Source of the DNA: a virus
Lineage: Duplodnaviria > Caudoviricetes
DNA: 52,353 bases
Direction: 5' to 3' (one strand)
IMG/VR virus record: IMGVR_UViG_2029527003_000023
Coordinates: 1-52,353 of that record
Part shown: one piece after another, positions 49,790 to 52,353 of the stretch
Position numbering within the stretch: position 1 is the stretch's first letter
How the letters are laid out: each line of letters starts with the position of its first letter
Made by a program: the position numbers and the translations under genes
Notes under the pieces: generated by a model
What the model saw: the letters and a program-made list of their open reading frames with translations, nothing else
Databases searched by the model: none
Told to the model about the DNA's origin: nothing

Positions 49790-50363
49790 ATCCCAGCGGG
49801 TCACCGGCCAACCCCTTTTTGGATACAATTGCCATAATACGAGCCAAAATTGCCGCATAAATAATGAGCAGCTTAATCCTTTTGGGTGTGGTTGCGGACT
49901 TAAATAAAAATGGGGTAAGCGGATTTCCATCCTGAGTAAATACTTGAAAGTTAACTTCATCTATTGAAATCGCTTTTTCAGGTGCGGGATAGGACCTAAT
50001 TGCAGTAGCCATTTTTTCAATGTCAGTATCAGAAAGAGGCTCACAATTATAGCGATGAGCAAAATCATTTCTTCTGGTGTTCAAAATTTGGAGGCATTTA
50101 ACAAATTCAATAGGAAAACCAAGTTTCTTAGCTAGAGCAAGCTTTAATGCAAATGTTAATCGGAACTTTAGTCGCTCATCTTTTGCATTTTCGAATAAAT
50201 CCTCAACACCTATCGAGGATGAAATCCAAGCATCCAGTAAGCGCTCGCTAAGAAGGTGGATCCTCAGTACACATGATAATTCATCTTCGTTATCAGATAT
50301 TGATGTGAACGCCTTAGTGACGTCAACGTTGCCGTAAATGTTGAGAAAGATACTTGCGTCCAT
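49779..50363 (-). CDS. Hypothetical protein with HEPN-like Rx4H motif
   Basis: Helical 194-aa protein; LRIHLLSE upstream and RNDFAH motif; AT-rich moron. Confidence 0.68.
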   Translation of the reverse strand: MDASIFLNIYGNVDVTKAFTSISDNEDELSCVLRIHLLSERLLDAWISSSIGVEDLFENAKDERLKFRLTFALKLALAKKLGFPIEFVKCLQILNTRRNDFAHRYNCEPLSDTDIEKMATAIRSYPAPEKAISIDEVNFQVFTQDGNPLTPFLFKSATTPKRIKLLIIYAAILARIMAIVSKKGLAGDPLGFKY

Positions 50364-50419
50364 GATGAGCCTCGATAGATTTGAGTGGCTTAGTTTAATT
50401 CATATAAAAGGAGTTAACC

Positions 50420-51150
50420 ATGGCGAAGCCGGACTGGGGGGCATTGCAAAATCAGTTACTCACCGAGCACGCCAAGAGCAACATTTCCCCCAAGGCATGG
50501 TGTGAGGCTAACGGATTAAACTACGCAACAGCCCGCCGCTACATAAAACTACCTGCGCAAGGGAAAGAAAAAAAGCGCAGAAAAAAATGCGCAGTGCGCA
50601 AGATGCGCAAATTCCCGAAAATCCCGCGCCCGTAATGCCTAGCGTTTCAACTGCTGGTGGTGAGGACGAGGGGAAGGGCAGAGAAAGCCCAAGCCTTTTA
50701 AAACCACAGCATGAACAATTTGCGCAGAACATTGCGCAGGGCATGCCGCAGAAAGAAGCCGCGATTTGCGCAGGCTACGCGCCGAAAAATGCCGAATCGC
50801 AAGCCTCAATCCTCATGAGCCGGCCGGACGTAAAAGCCCGAGTGCAGGAACTGCGCAATAACGCTGCGCTGTTGGTTTCCCTCAACGCCGGCCACCTGGC
50901 GGAGTTGTCGTATAAATCTGCGCAGTTGGCGCTGGCGAATAAAAAATTTGGTCAGGTTGCGCCGAACGTGAAGAACGCCGCGCAGCTGACCGGCATCGAC
51001 ATGAGTACAGATAAAACCGAGGTGAATGTCGAGCTGGCCGGTTTGAGCTACGGCAAAGTTTGTATCGTGACCCTGGCGAACTGCCCGGCGGACGTGTGGG
51101 CTGCTCACATGGAAAAGCTGCGCGAGGGAAAGCCGACGGCCCAGTCATAA
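50420..51150 (+). pseudogene. terS: Terminase small subunit, frameshifted
   Basis: MAKPDWGALQ...GLNYATARRYIK in one frame and HEQFAQNI...AAICAGYAPKNA in another; the break lies near A-runs at ~50564-50587. Confidence 0.75.
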
Positions 51151-51452
51151 TTGACGGCGTTCTGTACGCATTCAGCAGTGACTGGGCGACAGATGCGGTG
51201 CCTGTTGCTGATAAGACCCTACCAGCAGGCACGGATTTAAACTTGATAATCGAACATGATGAATACTTCCAGAACGCGACTAGCAACGCCACGTTAGTCC
51301 CAAACTTCCCAGAGGCTGTGGCAGATACGCTAAGGTGTTTTGACCGGAGGTGATGTTGGTACGTGCCGCCAGGTGTATATGCCGTACAACTCAACGATTG
51401 AACATCGGCGCTATGTATTCGGCGAGCCGCTGGTGTTCTCTACATGGAAGGC

Positions 51453-51500
51453 TTATTGATGCTATCAGGCCGGCACTTGCCGGCCTGATAGCATCAATAA
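51453..51500. repeat. Perfect 23-bp inverted repeat
   Basis: TTATTGATGCTATCAGGCCGGCA-ct-TGCCGGCCTGATAGCATCAATAA. Confidence 0.9.
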
Positions 51501-51709
51501 CCTCGTAGCTTTTTGATAAGGCTATCGCCGAGCCAACAAATGATACAAAATATTGCTATTGTCGATAAAATGGCAACGACGCGCTGAGTTATTGTATCGA
51601 AGCTAAAGAAAAAATAGATACACAATAAAAACCCAACTCCCCCGATTAACTGATAGAAAAATTCAAAGAAAAAAGAGAGTATGCGAATATGGATGCTATC
51701 TTTTCTCAT
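51494..51709 (-). CDS. Small two-TM membrane protein
   Basis: 71 aa with two hydrophobic segments; ATGA overlap with the upstream gene. Confidence 0.68.
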   Translation of the reverse strand: MRKDSIHIRILSFFFEFFYQLIGGVGFLLCIYFFFSFDTITQRVVAILSTIAIFCIICWLGDSLIKKLRGY

Positions 51710-52353
51710 TTCATTTTTTCCTCAATGTTTTGCAGCAATCTATTAAACTCTGCATCACCTTGGTTTTTACGTACGGCCAAAGCTTCTATGAATGGATCAA
51801 CATAGGGTTGAACTAAAAAATATATAAAGTCCAAATTTCCGGCATTTCTAAGCTTGTAGTAAACCGCACTATGCATATGTTCGAGACCGATTGATTTGTA
51901 TATGCTTCGTTCTATCATTCCGCCAGCCATCAGTGTGAAGCTTGTAGCTACGCCTGCACCTCGAGTAAGCATGGCTGCACCACCTGCTGATATGATGCTA
52001 TTCACTATTCTGGATGAAATCAGGGAGGTGGTAAGCATTCTGCCGGCGGATGCGGAGCCTGCGCCCCTAAATATTTTGTCTTGCGTCTCTTGTGGGATGT
52101 GCGCGGTGAATGCATCGATGATGATTTTAGTCGTTCTGATAACTTGATGATAGTTCAATAAACCGGACTTCATTGCCCGCATCATGCGAATGCGTTCGTC
52201 TTCCATCTTGCGACGATTGCTTGTGTCAAAAATACCCAGAGCTAGATAGCCAAAATCAACAGGCACAGACATTGCGCCGTCAAGCAGCCCCACAACTGTT
52301 TCTGGGGAGACAATGACTTTTACTATCCGTTCCACTATCTCTGTGTTGTTCAC
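51706..52353 (-). CDS. Hypothetical protein (start at the window edge)
   Basis: 215-aa ORF with a Gly/Ala-rich hydrophobic segment; may extend beyond the window. Confidence 0.7.
   Translation of the reverse strand: MNNTEIVERIVKVIVSPETVVGLLDGAMSVPVDFGYLALGIFDTSNRRKMEDERIRMMRAMKSGLLNYHQVIRTTKIIIDAFTAHIPQETQDKIFRGAGSASAGRMLTTSLISSRIVNSIISAGGAAMLTRGAGVATSFTLMAGGMIERSIYKSIGLEHMHSAVYYKLRNAGNLDFIYFLVQPYVDPFIEALAVRKNQGDAEFNRLLQNIEEKMK

Larger units (their letters stand above)
46727..51350. mobile_element. Decayed (cryptic) prophage in tandem at the same att site
   Basis: att arm and int 3' fragment, frameshifted Q, truncated endolysin, spanins and frameshifted terS; the right boundary is approximate. 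Confidence 0.85.

Noticed and set aside
51060-51353. 97-aa ORF after the remnant terS
   Set aside because: Probably a fused relic of the terL start and unrelated sequence; cannot be supported as a gene.
51410-51425. GTATTCGG as the right att site of the remnant
   Set aside because: Only 8 bp match the 24-bp core, which is expected by chance; the remnant's right end is not identifiable in this window.

Overview
The window begins in enterobacterial chromosome (yebY and the sRNA SdsR/RyeB; a Serratia-like host is my inference). It then holds an apparently complete ~46.2 kb temperate prophage (557-46750) bounded by a perfect 24-bp att core, AGGAATCGTATTCGGTCTTTTTTT, which is the SdsR terminator. 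The prophage has a Rac/Gifsy-like early region (int, xis, recT, recE, a short repressor with no peptidase domain, cro, ydaT, O/P-like replication), a nin/Q region, holin/SAR-endolysin/spanin lysis genes and a contractile-tail (myovirus) morphogenesis module. Its AT-rich accessory cargo comprises a 935-aa HD-domain/HSP90-type ATPase protein, a membrane moron, a translationally coupled Ser/Thr kinase + PP2C phosphatase pair (best candidate for an undescribed toxin-antitoxin/anti-phage system), a YodC-like gene between terS and terL, and a gtrABC O-antigen conversion cassette; a LexA-boxed umuDC lies next to attR. Directly downstream is an older, decayed prophage at the same att site (46727 to ~51350). 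Its int, Q, endolysin and terminase are broken, while a two-gene operon and a HEPN-motif gene are intact. Non-coding signals include a repeated start-associated motif GAGGCATGACCA(A)TG in front of early genes, a candidate antisense sRNA that carries its complement, and a LexA-boxed unannotated 58-aa ORF that may be the antirepressor. All family names come from motif recognition and recall; no database search was run.
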